64,000 nt of DNA from contig CAVWAU010000003.1 in the NCBI GenBank assembly GCA_963753125.1, forward strand, positions 12,128 through 76,127, read 5' to 3'. The notes under the pieces are model-generated. The model saw only the letters and a program-made list of their open reading frames with translations, searched no databases and was not told where the DNA came from. Each line of letters opens with the position of its first letter. The first letter of the stretch is position 1. The stretch comes from an uncultured Chloroflexia bacterium. GTDB taxonomy: Bacteria > Chloroflexota > Limnocylindria > QHBO01. Below, in pieces: positions 54,167 through 64,000 of this stretch. The translations under genes and the position numbers were made by a program.

Positions 54167-55813
54167 TCAGGGAACCGGTTCGTCGCTTCGAATCGCCCGA
54201 TCGGCGGCAAGGCGATCCTCGGCCGTGGCGACCGCCGTGGCGGTCGCGATCCGGCTGCTTCCGAGGGCCGCCAGGAACTCGTCTCGGAGGAGCGAGTACG
54301 TTCGCAGTGCCCGACGGCCGTGACGGTGGCGGTCCTCGGGATGTCGCGGAGCAACGCGATCTCGCCGAACCCATCGCCCACCCCGAGTGTCGAGCGCTCG
54401 ACGCCACCCACCGATACGGCGGCGGCACCGTCCGCGATGAGGTGGAACCGGTCGCCGGCCTCGCCCTCGGCCATCACCACCTCCCCGGGCGCGAACGAGT
54501 TCGAGGACAGCTCCGAAGCAAGCAGCTCCACCGTCGCAAGCGGCAGCGGCGCGAAGATCGGGTTGCGGTGCAGGAGCCCGGCCTCGGGTCCCGGGACCGG
54601 AAGGTCCGCATCCAACCGGATGAAGCGAACGGCGTAGAGGGCCGCCAGGCCCGCCAGTCCGCCGCCCAGCGCCCCGAGCGCAGCTCGGACCCCCAGGAGG
54701 TCGACGAGCACCGGTGCCGCCACCGATCCCAGGCCGATGCCGGCGAAGACGGTGAGCTCCAGTGCGCCGAGCGCACGCCCGACAAAGCGCGGGCGGAAGG
54801 CGCGAGGCATGAGCGTGAAGAGGCTCACGTCCTCCACCGCGTTTCCGACTCCCACCACGGCCAGCGCGACGTACGCCGTGAGCGGGGTCGGGACAGCCGC
54901 CAGTGCGGCGAGCGGGATCCCCCACAGGAGCAGGCCCAGCCACGAACCCACGCGCAAGGCTCTTGACCGACAGCACCGCCCCCGCCACGGCTCCTCCGAT
55001 CAGCCCGCCGACGCCCACCGCGGCAGTCAGCCAGCCCACCGCCGCCTCGCCGAGCATGAGCACATCGAGCGCCAGCACGACCAACAGCACCGTAAGCGCC
55101 CCTCTCACGAAGGTCTGGGCGAACACGAGGATGGTGACCCCCGCCGGCGGAGCCAGCCTCGCGAGGTCCGCCGCGCCGGCCGCCATTGCGCCGATCCGGC
55201 CCGGCCCAGCCTCGCCACCGGCGTCTCCACCCTGGGCGGGGACGGTGAGTCGCCAGAGCACGGCGCTGCCGGCGGCGACCAGCGATGCGGATAGCGCGAT
55301 GGCAGCCGGGACGCCGAACAACGCGAGCGACGCGCCGGCCAGCACCGGGCCCAACAGCGTTGCGGCGTTCTCGCCCAGCGACGCAACGACATTGGCGGCC
55401 GTCAGCTCGCCCGGCGTGCGGGCCAGCCAGGGCAGCACGCTGGCCTGGATGGGTCGGTAAGCCCCGGCCATCCATGAACCGATCGCTCCGGCACCGATCA
55501 CCAGGAACGAGGGAGCGCCGACGAATGCGCCGATCGCGGCGACCGCCAGCAGAACCGCACGGGAGCCGACCGTGATGCGCAGGACTCGATCCGGACCGAA
55601 CCGATCGCTGCTGCTCACGAGGCCCGGCGTGATCAGCATCGCTGGCAGGGTGCGCGCTACGCCGTACGCCGCCACCAGGGCGGCGCCGCCCTCGTTGTAG
55701 GCGTACACGAGCAGCGCGATCGAGCCCGCGAGCTCGCCGGCCAGCGACGCGAACCAACCGGCCTCGATGCGACGGCAGTCGGGGACGCGGAGGACGTCCC
55801 GAATGGCTCCCAT
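54167..55813 (-). CDS. MFS transporter fused to C-terminal cyclic-nucleotide-binding domain (paralog of 28785..30421), frameshifted as sequenced
   Basis: The ORF 54167..55813 frame gives the N-terminal ~290 aa of the TM domain. The ORF 54145..54957 frame gives the rest of the MFS and LLHRNPIFAPLPLATVELLASEL...PGEVVMAEGEAGDRFHLIADGAAAV...GDGFGEIALLRDIPRTATVTAV. It returns to the first frame near 54300 for LRTYSLLRDEFLAALGSS... Confidence 0.75.
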   Translation of the reverse strand: MGAIRDVLRVPDCRRIEAGWFASLAGELAGSIALLVYAYNEGGAALVAAYGVARTLPAMLITPGLVSSSDRFGPDRVLRITVGSRAVLLAVAAIGAFVGAPSFLVIGAGAIGSWMAGAYRPIQASVLPWLARTPGELTAANVVASLGENAATLLGPVLAGASLALFGVPAAIALSASLVAAGSAVLWRLTVPAQGGDAGGEAGPGRIGAMAAGAADLARLAPPAGVTILVFAQTFVRGALTVLLVVLALDVLMLGEAAVGWLTAAVGVGGLIGGAVAGAVLSVKSLARGFVAGPAPVGDPARRTGGCPDPAHGVRRAGRGGSRKRGGGREPLHAHASRLPPALCRACARRTGAHRLRRHRPGIGGGTGARRPPGGPSCARGAGRRTGGPGGPLRRSLHPVGCGPSGPGTRGRAPAPQPDLRAAAACDGGAACFGAVLELVRARGGGDGRGRGRRPVPPHRGRCRRRIGGWRRALDTRGGRWVRRDRVAPRHPEDRHRHGRRALRTYSLLRDEFLAALGSSRIATATAVATAEDRLAADRAIRSDEPVP

Positions 55814-55822
55814 CTCGGGAGG

Positions 55823-56572
55823 TTACGTCCGTCCGGTGGTTCTGCGGCGCTCGATGTCAGCGGCGCCGTTGAGCAGGTTGGTCAGGAGCGCCAGGGGACG
55901 GCGCCGCGGCAGGCGCGGTTCCCGGTCCGGCAGGAGCACGCTCACCCCCTGTCGGATGCGGGCATCGAGCTCGGTTCGCGCCTCCCGACCGCGGATACCG
56001 GTGGTCTCGATCGGCACGCCGAAGTGAACGTGGATGCGCTTGCGGAACCAGAGGTCGGTGCTGCCGACGATCGCGCACGGGACGACCGGCACGCCGGACG
56101 AGACGGCGAACGCTGCCGCTCCATCCTCGAACTCGAGCAGCTCGGTCTCACGGAAGCCGATGCGCCCCTCGGCGAAGATGCCGAGCACGCCGTCGGCATC
56201 GAAGACACGACGCACGGCACGCACCGCGCTGGTCAGGGTCGTCTTGTCCGGGTTATACGGGATCACCCCGCCGAAGAAGGCCATCACCCGGTTCTTGAAG
56301 CCGCGGCTGAAGTCCGCCTCCTTCGGGCCGAACCAGGTGATCCGCGGCGCGAGGGGCGCGGCCGCGGTCACCAGCATCGGGTCGAAGCCGTTGTGGTGGT
56401 TGGCAACCAGCTGGAACGGCGCCCGCGGCAAATGCTCGAGGCCGCTGACCCGCAGTTCGAACAGCAGCCGGACGATGGCCCGGTTGAGCAACCACATGAT
56501 CCGATAGCGCGGCGTGACGGCGACATGCAGCTCGCGCGGCTGCTGGCGCCCGCTGGCATCCGCCGCACTCAC
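55823..56572 (-). CDS. plsC: 1-acyl-sn-glycerol-3-phosphate acyltransferase family (PlsC-like)
   Basis: In frame within ORF 55823..56893. GTG 56572 overlaps the upstream stop (GTGA). Acyltransferase motifs: NHHNGFDP (H-x4-D), FAEG and VPVVPCAIVG. Confidence 0.85.
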   Translation of the reverse strand: MSAADASGRQQPRELHVAVTPRYRIMWLLNRAIVRLLFELRVSGLEHLPRAPFQLVANHHNGFDPMLVTAAAPLAPRITWFGPKEADFSRGFKNRVMAFFGGVIPYNPDKTTLTSAVRAVRRVFDADGVLGIFAEGRIGFRETELLEFEDGAAAFAVSSGVPVVPCAIVGSTDLWFRKRIHVHFGVPIETTGIRGREARTELDARIRQGVSVLLPDREPRLPRRRPLALLTNLLNGAADIERRRTTGRT

Positions 56573-57870
56573 GCCGCGACCATCGACGCCGTCGCCGGCA
56601 TGTCCTCGTCCTCGCGGCGGCGCGGGTCCACGCGAGTCAGCGCAAGGGCCGAGAGAGCGACGAACAGGGCGGCGACGCCCATCGCCACACGTGGACCGGC
56701 CGCGTCGCCGAAGCTGGCCGAGACCAGGTCCTGGATGGGGCCTGCCACGATGATGAAGACGGGGCCGGCCATGGCCGTCCCGGCGTTCAGGATGCCCATG
56801 TACCTGCCCGCGGTCTGCTTCGGAATCACGTCGGACATCAGGGCCCAGTCCGCCGAGAGGAAGGTGCCCATCCCGATCCCGAACGGCACCCACGAGGCGA
56901 TCGCCAGCTCAGGCGTGGGCGCCACGGCGACGCCGAGCAGCCCGGTCCCAGCGATCAGCGCGGCGGCCCAGATCACCGGTCGCCGGCCGAAGCGATCGGA
57001 GAGCCGGCCTCCCGGGATGGCGGCGGCCGCCGTGGTGACGCCCACGATCGCCGTCGCCAGGAACACGGTCGCATCCGCGTCATCGGCGCTCAATCCATGC
57101 GAGCGTCGGAAGTAGCCGATGGCGATCAGCGTCGCGTTGTAGGCGCCGAGGAACAGCAGCCGGACCAGCAGCAGCCAGAGGACGTCGCGCTGCTGGAGGA
57201 TGTCGCGCCCCCACGCCGAGAGAGCGATCTCGCGCCAGGGTCGGGTCCGCTTCGGTGCCGCCCGCCCCTCGTCGACGGTCGCGACCAGCACGACCATCGT
57301 CGCGACCTCCACGACTCCCAGCGCCAGGGTCGCCGCCGGCACGTTGTCCAGGATGCCGCCCAGGGTGGCGATGCCGACGCCGGCGATGGTCCCCAGCGTG
57401 AGCATCAGCCCCATCAGCCCGCTGGCCGTGCCCACCTGCTTCGCCGGCACGAGGTCCGGCACGTAGCCCTGGAACGGCCCCTGTGCGAAGTTCGAGCTGA
57501 CCTGCAGCAGGAAGTAGAAGGCGACCATCGCCACGAAGTCGTTGTTGAATGCGAGGCCGGCAAGGAAGACGACGTCGAGCAGGGAGCCGACCACGATGTA
57601 GGGCTTGCGGCGACCCCAACGAGTCACTGTGTAATCGCTGATCACGCCGACCGTGGGCTGGATGATGATCGGGGCGATCGCGCCGGCCAGCATGATGATC
57701 GCGAGCAGGGTGCCCTGGGTGTCGCGGCTCAGGTCGTCCAGCCGGCCCGGGATGATGGTGATGTTGAGGCCGCCCCAGATCGTCTGGATCCCGAACCAGT
57801 AGATCGACAGCGTGACCAGCTGTGAGAAGGGCAGCCTCTCTCGCCGTTGCTCGGGACCCGTCTCGGTCAT
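56569..57870 (-). CDS. MFS transporter (GPH-like signature)
   Basis: Intact 433-aa ORF with about 12 helices and the loop motif SDYTVTRWGRRKPYIVVG, typical of GPH/MFS carriers. Confidence 0.8.
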   Translation of the reverse strand: MTETGPEQRRERLPFSQLVTLSIYWFGIQTIWGGLNITIIPGRLDDLSRDTQGTLLAIIMLAGAIAPIIIQPTVGVISDYTVTRWGRRKPYIVVGSLLDVVFLAGLAFNNDFVAMVAFYFLLQVSSNFAQGPFQGYVPDLVPAKQVGTASGLMGLMLTLGTIAGVGIATLGGILDNVPAATLALGVVEVATMVVLVATVDEGRAAPKRTRPWREIALSAWGRDILQQRDVLWLLLVRLLFLGAYNATLIAIGYFRRSHGLSADDADATVFLATAIVGVTTAAAAIPGGRLSDRFGRRPVIWAAALIAGTGLLGVAVAPTPELAIASWVPFGIGMGTFLSADWALMSDVIPKQTAGRYMGILNAGTAMAGPVFIIVAGPIQDLVSASFGDAAGPRVAMGVAALFVALSALALTRVDPRRREDEDMPATASMVAA

Positions 57871-57996
57871 CGGTCCATCCTGCTCCGCGTTGGCCGAACC
57901 CTAAGCCGTTTCGGGGTTCGCTGGCTCCAGATTGCAGCAGGCCTACTGCGGCCGGAATGCGGAAGCCGTGACCGGCCGCTAGGCTCAACGGCGCCC

Positions 57997-59244
57997 ATGT
58001 CGACAAACCCGACCGATGGCCGGCTCAGTGCACTGCGCCACCCGGACCTGCGCCGCTACCTGTCGGCGCGGTTCATCGTGTCGATCGCGACGCAGATCCA
58101 GACGGTCGCGGTCGGCTGGCAGGTCTTCAGCGTCAGCGGCGACCCGTTCGATCTCGGCCTCGTGGCGCTCTCCCAGTTCCTGCCGTTCATCGTCCTGATC
58201 CTGCCGGCCGGCCACGTCGCGGACCGATACGACCGGCGGCGCATCCAGCTGCTGACCTACGTGCTGCTCGGCGTCTGCTCCGCGACGCTGCTGGCGCTCT
58301 CGCTGGCCGGGATCACCGACATCGCGCCGGTGCTGTGGGTCATGGTCGTCTTCGGCATCGCGCGCGCATTCAATCAACCGACCGGCCAGGCGCTGCTGCC
58401 GAACATCGCGCCGCCCGGCACGTTTCCTCGCGCGGTTGCGCTGAACTCCTCCCTGGGCCAGATCGCGACGATCGCCGGGCCGGCGCTGGGCGGCGCGCTC
58501 GTCCTGCTCGGGGTCGGCGTCGCCTACGCGCTGGCGGTCATCCTGATCGTTGCCGGAGTGGTGCTCGTCGCCGGACTGCGCGGCGGCGGTCGCGAGGAGC
58601 GTGCCTCCGAGCCCGTCACCATGGAGACGCTGCTCTCCGGGATCACGTTCGTCCGATCGAAGCCGGTCGTCCTGGGGTCGATCTCGCTCGACCTGTTCGC
58701 GGTGCTGTTCGGGGGCGCGGAGGCGCTGCTCCCCATCTACGCGGGCGAGATCCTCGACGTCGGGCCCGTGGGACTGGGCGTCATGCGCGCTGCTCCGGCC
58801 GTCGGCGCGGCGCTGCTGGCGGCGGTCGTGACGGTTCGACCGATCCATCGCCACGTCGGACGATGGATGTTCGGCGGCGTCGTCGCATTCGGGGTCGCGA
58901 CCATCGTCTTCGGGCTCTCGACCAGCCTCCCGCTCAGCCTGGCCGCGCTGGTCGTGATGGGAGCCGGCGACATGGTGAGTGTCTACATCCGGCACCTGCT
59001 GGTGCAGCTCGAGACGCCGGACGCGATCCGCGGGCGGGTCAGCGCAGTCAATTCGGTCTTCATCGGCGCATCGAACGAGCTCGGCGAGTTCGAGTCCGGC
59101 CTGACCGCCGCGTGGTGGGGGGTCGTGCCGGCCGTGGTGATCGGCGGCGCCGCGACGCTGGGGGTCGCGGGGCTGTGGGCGGCGCTGTTCCCGGTCCTGC
59201 GGCGGCTCGATCGGTTCCCTGAGCCGCATGACGTTCCGCGCTAG
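57997..59244 (+). CDS. MFS transporter (EntS/MFS_3-like)
   Basis: ATG 57997 in the ORF 57847 frame, intact. LRHPDLRRYLSARFIVSIATQIQTVAVGWQV, LPAGHVADRYDRRRI, DAIRGRVSAV. It has the same architecture as the TM parts of the two cNMP-fused MFS genes but no sensor domain. Confidence 0.8.
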   Translation: MSTNPTDGRLSALRHPDLRRYLSARFIVSIATQIQTVAVGWQVFSVSGDPFDLGLVALSQFLPFIVLILPAGHVADRYDRRRIQLLTYVLLGVCSATLLALSLAGITDIAPVLWVMVVFGIARAFNQPTGQALLPNIAPPGTFPRAVALNSSLGQIATIAGPALGGALVLLGVGVAYALAVILIVAGVVLVAGLRGGGREERASEPVTMETLLSGITFVRSKPVVLGSISLDLFAVLFGGAEALLPIYAGEILDVGPVGLGVMRAAPAVGAALLAAVVTVRPIHRHVGRWMFGGVVAFGVATIVFGLSTSLPLSLAALVVMGAGDMVSVYIRHLLVQLETPDAIRGRVSAVNSVFIGASNELGEFESGLTAAWWGVVPAVVIGGAATLGVAGLWAALFPVLRRLDRFPEPHDVPR

Positions 59245-59253
59245 AATCCCCCG

Positions 59254-60160
59254 GTGATCGACCCCGTCGCCCTTGAGATCGGCCCGTTCCAGCTGCACTG
59301 GTACGGGATCATCATCGCCGCGGCGGTGCTCATCGCCGGGCTGCTGGGCGCTCGGGTGGCCACCTGGCTGGGCGAGAACCCCGAGGACGGCTGGTCGATG
59401 CTCCTGCCGGTCGTGATCGCCGGAGTGATCGGCGCCCGGATCTACCACGTCATCCACCTCTGGGACTACTACAGCGCGAATCCGGCCGTCATTCCGCAGA
59501 TCTGGAATGGCGGCATCGGCATTCCGGGCGCGATTGCCGGCGGGGCGGTTGGCATCCTGCTCTTCACCCGCTCGAGGGGCATCAACACGGCCCGCTGGTT
59601 CGATATCTTCGCGCCGGCCCTGCTGCTCGGCCAGGTCATCGGCCGGCTCGGCAACTTCGTGAACCAGGAGCTGTACGGCCCGCCGACCACCCTGTGCGGC
59701 ACCGACGGCATTCCGCCCTGCCTGCCGTTCGGAATCCCGATCGATGCGGCGCACCGCGCGGGGACGCCATGGGATGCCGCGACGCTATCCGGTCGAGACG
59801 ACGAGCTTCGTTCCGCTGTTCGCCTACGAGATGGTCCTCAATCTCATCGGCATGTTCGTGCTGCTCTGGATCATTCGCCGATTCGCCCCGCGGCTCTTCG
59901 CCGGGGATGCCGCCCTGATCTACATCATGTGGTACGGCGCGGTCCGCACGTTGCTGGAGCCGTATCGGACCGGCAACTGGACGATCATCGGGCTTCCCAC
60001 CGCGATGTGGGTCGGCATACTCGGCTTCGTGCTCGCCGGAGCGTGGCTCTTCTACCGCCACCGCCGAGGATGGGGCTCGCCGATGATCAAACCGGCCGAG
60101 GATCCGGGGCCCGACGCTCCGGTGGCGTCACAGCCGCAACCGGAGGCCACCGCTGGCTGA
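59254..60160 (+). CDS. lgt: prolipoprotein diacylglyceryl transferase, frameshifted as sequenced
   Basis: IGPFQLHWYGIIIA, GARIYHV, IWNGGIGIPGAIAGG, GRLGNFVNQELYG. A shift near 59790 leads into ORF 59744 (FVPLFAYEMVLNLIG...YIMWYGAVRTLLEPYR). Confidence 0.85.
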
Positions 60161-60185
60161 GCGTCCGACCGGGATCCTGCCCGAT

Positions 60186-61211
60186 GTGACCGCCGCGGTC
60201 GGCCGAACGCCGCTGGTGGCGCTCGATCGGCTCGCGGCCGGCCTCCGACCACGGATCGTCGGCAAGCTCGAGCACATGAACCCCGGCGGATCGGTCAAGG
60301 ATCGGATCGCGCTCCCCATGATCGAGGCGGCCGAGCGAGCTGGCCTCCTCAAGCCGGGCGGCGTCATCGTCGAGCCGACGAGCGGCAACACCGGCGTTGG
60401 ACTGGCACAGGCCGCGGCCGTCAAGGGATATCGGTGCATCTTCGTGATGGCGGACAAGCAGTCCGAGGAGAAGCGCGCGCTGCTGCGCGCGTACGGCGCG
60501 GAGGTCGTCATCTGCCCCACGGACGTCAGCCCCGATGACGAGCGGTCGTACTACCGCGTCTCCGACCGGCTGGCGCGCGAGACGCCCGGCGCCTGGAAGC
60601 CGGACCAGTACCACAACGCCATGAATCCCGAGGCGCACTCCTCCACCACCGGGCCGGAGATCTGGGAGGCCACCGAGGGCCGCATCACGCACTTCGTGGT
60701 CGCCCTCGGAACCGGCGGGACGGTGACCGGCGCCGGCCGATACCTCAAGGAGCGCAATCCGGAGGTCGTCGTGGTGGGAGCCGACCCGGAGGGCTCGGTC
60801 TACTCCGGCGAACCGCCCGCCGCCTACCTGACGGAGGGGATCGGCGAGGACTTCTGGCCGTCGACCTACGAGCCCGAGGTCTGCGACGTCGTCGTCCGGG
60901 TCAGCGATCGGGACTCGATGCTCACCGCGCGCACGGCAACCACCAGCGAGGGCATCCTGATGGGCGAGTCGTGCGGCACCGCGCTGTGGGCCGCGCTTCA
61001 GCTGGCTCGCGCGGTCGACGATCCGAACGCGCTGTTCGTCGTCCTCCTGCCCGACTCGGGACGGAACTACCTCGGCAAGCTGTATTCCGACGCCTGGCTA
61101 CGGGAGCACGGGTTGCTCGGGGCGGATGAGCAGGTCGCCGACTACGACTGGCGCCGGACGACGGCGGACACCGTGCTCCGCGGCGCCGAGATTCCTCGCC
61201 CAGCGCCGTGA
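60186..61211 (+). CDS. PLP-dependent cysteine synthase / cystathionine beta-synthase-like enzyme (no CBS pair)
   Basis: Intact 341-aa ORF with the PLP lysine in NPGGSVKDRIA, TSGNTGVGLA and ALGTGGTVTGAG. The length and tail exclude a CBS-domain pair. Confidence 0.85.
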   Translation: MTAAVGRTPLVALDRLAAGLRPRIVGKLEHMNPGGSVKDRIALPMIEAAERAGLLKPGGVIVEPTSGNTGVGLAQAAAVKGYRCIFVMADKQSEEKRALLRAYGAEVVICPTDVSPDDERSYYRVSDRLARETPGAWKPDQYHNAMNPEAHSSTTGPEIWEATEGRITHFVVALGTGGTVTGAGRYLKERNPEVVVVGADPEGSVYSGEPPAAYLTEGIGEDFWPSTYEPEVCDVVVRVSDRDSMLTARTATTSEGILMGESCGTALWAALQLARAVDDPNALFVVLLPDSGRNYLGKLYSDAWLREHGLLGADEQVADYDWRRTTADTVLRGAEIPRPAP

Positions 61212-61215
61212 CGGC

Positions 61216-61392
61216 TCAGGACGGCGGTCCCTCCTGCGGCTCCCAGCGCGCGCTCTCCCCGCCATCCGCCTCGTCGCGGTAGACGCAGCCGGCGTGGGCG
61301 CGAATGCGGGCACCCTCGCGATCTGCCTCCATCCACGCCTGCCCGACGTCGATCTCGTCGCCGCACAGCGCGCAGGGCGTCGAATCGTTCAT
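61216..61392 (-). CDS. small putative zinc-ribbon protein (58 aa)
   Basis: This is the last 58 codons of ORF 61216..62313: MNDSTPCALCGDEIDVGQAWMEADREGARIRAHAGCVY, with C-x2-C ... H-x2-C. It sits in the gap between convergent/divergent neighbours. Confidence 0.4.
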   Translation of the reverse strand: MNDSTPCALCGDEIDVGQAWMEADREGARIRAHAGCVYRDEADGGESARWEPQEGPPS

Positions 61393-61506
61393 GTGCCGAC
61401 GATACGCCCCCGTCGCGGCGCCGGTCCAGACCGCGGACGGTCGTCCGGCTGACGCATCGGTCGGTCGGGAGTATCGTTGGGCTCCCATCAGGTACCGAGG
61501 AGCGTC

Positions 61507-63051
<1,545 letters not shown>

Positions 63052-63073
63052 CGGCGTTGCGAGAGCGCGGGTC

Positions 63074-63779
63074 CTAGGCCGGGGTCTGGCTCGCCGACCG
63101 CGCAAGCTCGAAGACGCGGCCGCTGATCGCGCCCGCATCGGCGAACGTCTCCGAGTGGCCGACGCCCTCCGACGGATCCAATCCAAGGAGCTCGAGGGCG
63201 GCGTCGGTGAGCAGCGCATAGCCGCGCAGGCCCGGTCTCCTCCGTCACGCGGTTCTTCAGCAGCCGATGCGCCAGGATCACGGCCGGACCCGCCACGTGC
63301 GTCCGCGTCGACAGCTCCTGCGCGACGAAGGTTCCGGCGTGAACGATGAACTTGAGCTCGAGCGAGCCGATCAGAACGCACGCCTCGCAGTCGTGATCCT
63401 GCATCCGCTGCTGCTCTTCGATGCGGGCGTGATATGCGGCATACGTCGACCCGATCGTGCCGAGCACGTCGCGGCCGCGGTTCGTCACGCCGTCGGCTTC
63501 GGCCACCGCGAACACTGCGTCGCCCTCGGTCTGGACCGGCCTGAAGGTCGGCTGCACCTCATCGGCAACGAGGTCGAGCAGGGTGACCATGAAGTCGTAC
63601 GCCGGGGGGACCGGCGCCAGGCCGGACGCGAGGTCGGGATGCGCTTCGGTTACGCGACCGAGGAACGCGGTGTAGCCGCTGATATCGGCCAGCATCAGGA
63701 GGCCGCTCGCGAAGCGGGGTTCGGCGCGCTCGGGCATCTCGACGATCATCGCACGCGCCGCAATCCGTCGGGGCGTCAA
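63074..63779 (-). CDS. DUF2652-type (nucleotidyl-cyclase-fold-like) protein, tentative; frameshifted as sequenced
   Basis: LMLADISGYTAFLGRV..., FRPVQTEGDAVFAV and LELKFIVHAGTFV fit my memory of that family. The C-terminal ~50 aa are in another frame (LRGYALLTDAALELLGLDPSEG...) with TAG at 63074-63076. The start may be the MIVEM Met at 63749. Confidence 0.4.
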
Positions 63780-63792
63780 TAATGGACGGCGT

Positions 63793-64000
63793 ATGACAGA
63801 TCGATTCGAGACGCTGGCGGTTCACGCCGGCGCGGAGCCCGACGCCCAGACCGGGGCCGTGGTGCCCGCCATCCAGATGAGCGCCACGTTCAAGCAGGAT
63901 GGGGTCGGAGGGCTGCGCGGGGGCTTCGAATACGGACGCAGCGGCAACCCGACCCGCCTGGCGCTCGAGCAGGCGATCGCCACGCTCGAAGGTGCGACTC
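63793..64000 (+). CDS. Cys/Met-metabolism PLP enzyme (cystathionine gamma-lyase/synthase family), 3' end cut by window edge
   Basis: ATG 63793 gives MTDRFETLAVHAGAEPDAQTGAVVPAIQMSATFKQDG...FEYGRSGNPTRLALEQAIATLEGA, the canonical N-terminus of this family. It is open to the end of the window. Confidence 0.8.
   Translation, partial: MTDRFETLAVHAGAEPDAQTGAVVPAIQMSATFKQDGVGGLRGGFEYGRSGNPTRLALEQAIATLEGAT

Overview
This is a GC-rich window (about 70% by eye, not computed). Gene content looks Actinobacteria-like, with GGAGG-type ribosome-binding sites and many 4-nt ATGA/GTGA start/stop overlaps. I can support about 70 protein genes, 2 tRNAs and a few regulatory sites. I saw no rRNA, CRISPR array, transposase or integrase.

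Gene order:
- FtsX-type ABC permease plus two ATPases
- saccharopine-dehydrogenase-like gene
- initiator tRNA-Met
- a His-poor heme-copper-oxidase-like membrane protein plus cytochrome c
- nnrE and tldD/pmbA
- a minus-strand pyr operon (pyrR-pyrB-pyrC, three unknown genes, pyrE)
- an ECF sigma / anti-sigma pair
- two GalT-like genes, GNATs and OsmC
- a Kelch lipoprotein and tRNA-Gly
- an accessory-looking locus: Crp/Fnr, tandem-repeat acidic/His peptide, GAF, S8 protease, MFS::cNMP-binding
- MBL hydrolase, rsgA, a ferredoxin-reductase-type flavoenzyme
- a lysyl-oxidase-like exoenzyme with cell-wall-binding repeats
- an 11-gene plus-strand sulfur unit: sufB-sufD-Rieske-rrf2-sufC-sufS-sufU-moeZ-like-cysO-cysM-mec
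- an S8 protease with cell-wall-binding repeats
- M24 and M20 peptidases and a TIMP-like protein
- a second MFS::cNMP-binding gene, plsC, two more MFS genes, lgt
- a cysteine-synthase/CBS-like gene, mmsA, and the start of a Cys/Met PLP enzyme

Major caveat: many genes translate only if the reading frame is switched one or more times, and this is densest between about 26 and 51 kb. Essential genes such as sufBCDS are affected, so I read most of these as consensus/indel errors rather than decay. Such genes are listed as CDS and flagged 'frameshifted as sequenced'. Their internal shift positions and some ends are approximate.

The most interesting candidate is the cyclic-nucleotide-themed repeat-peptide/protease/exporter locus at 25.9-30.4 kb.
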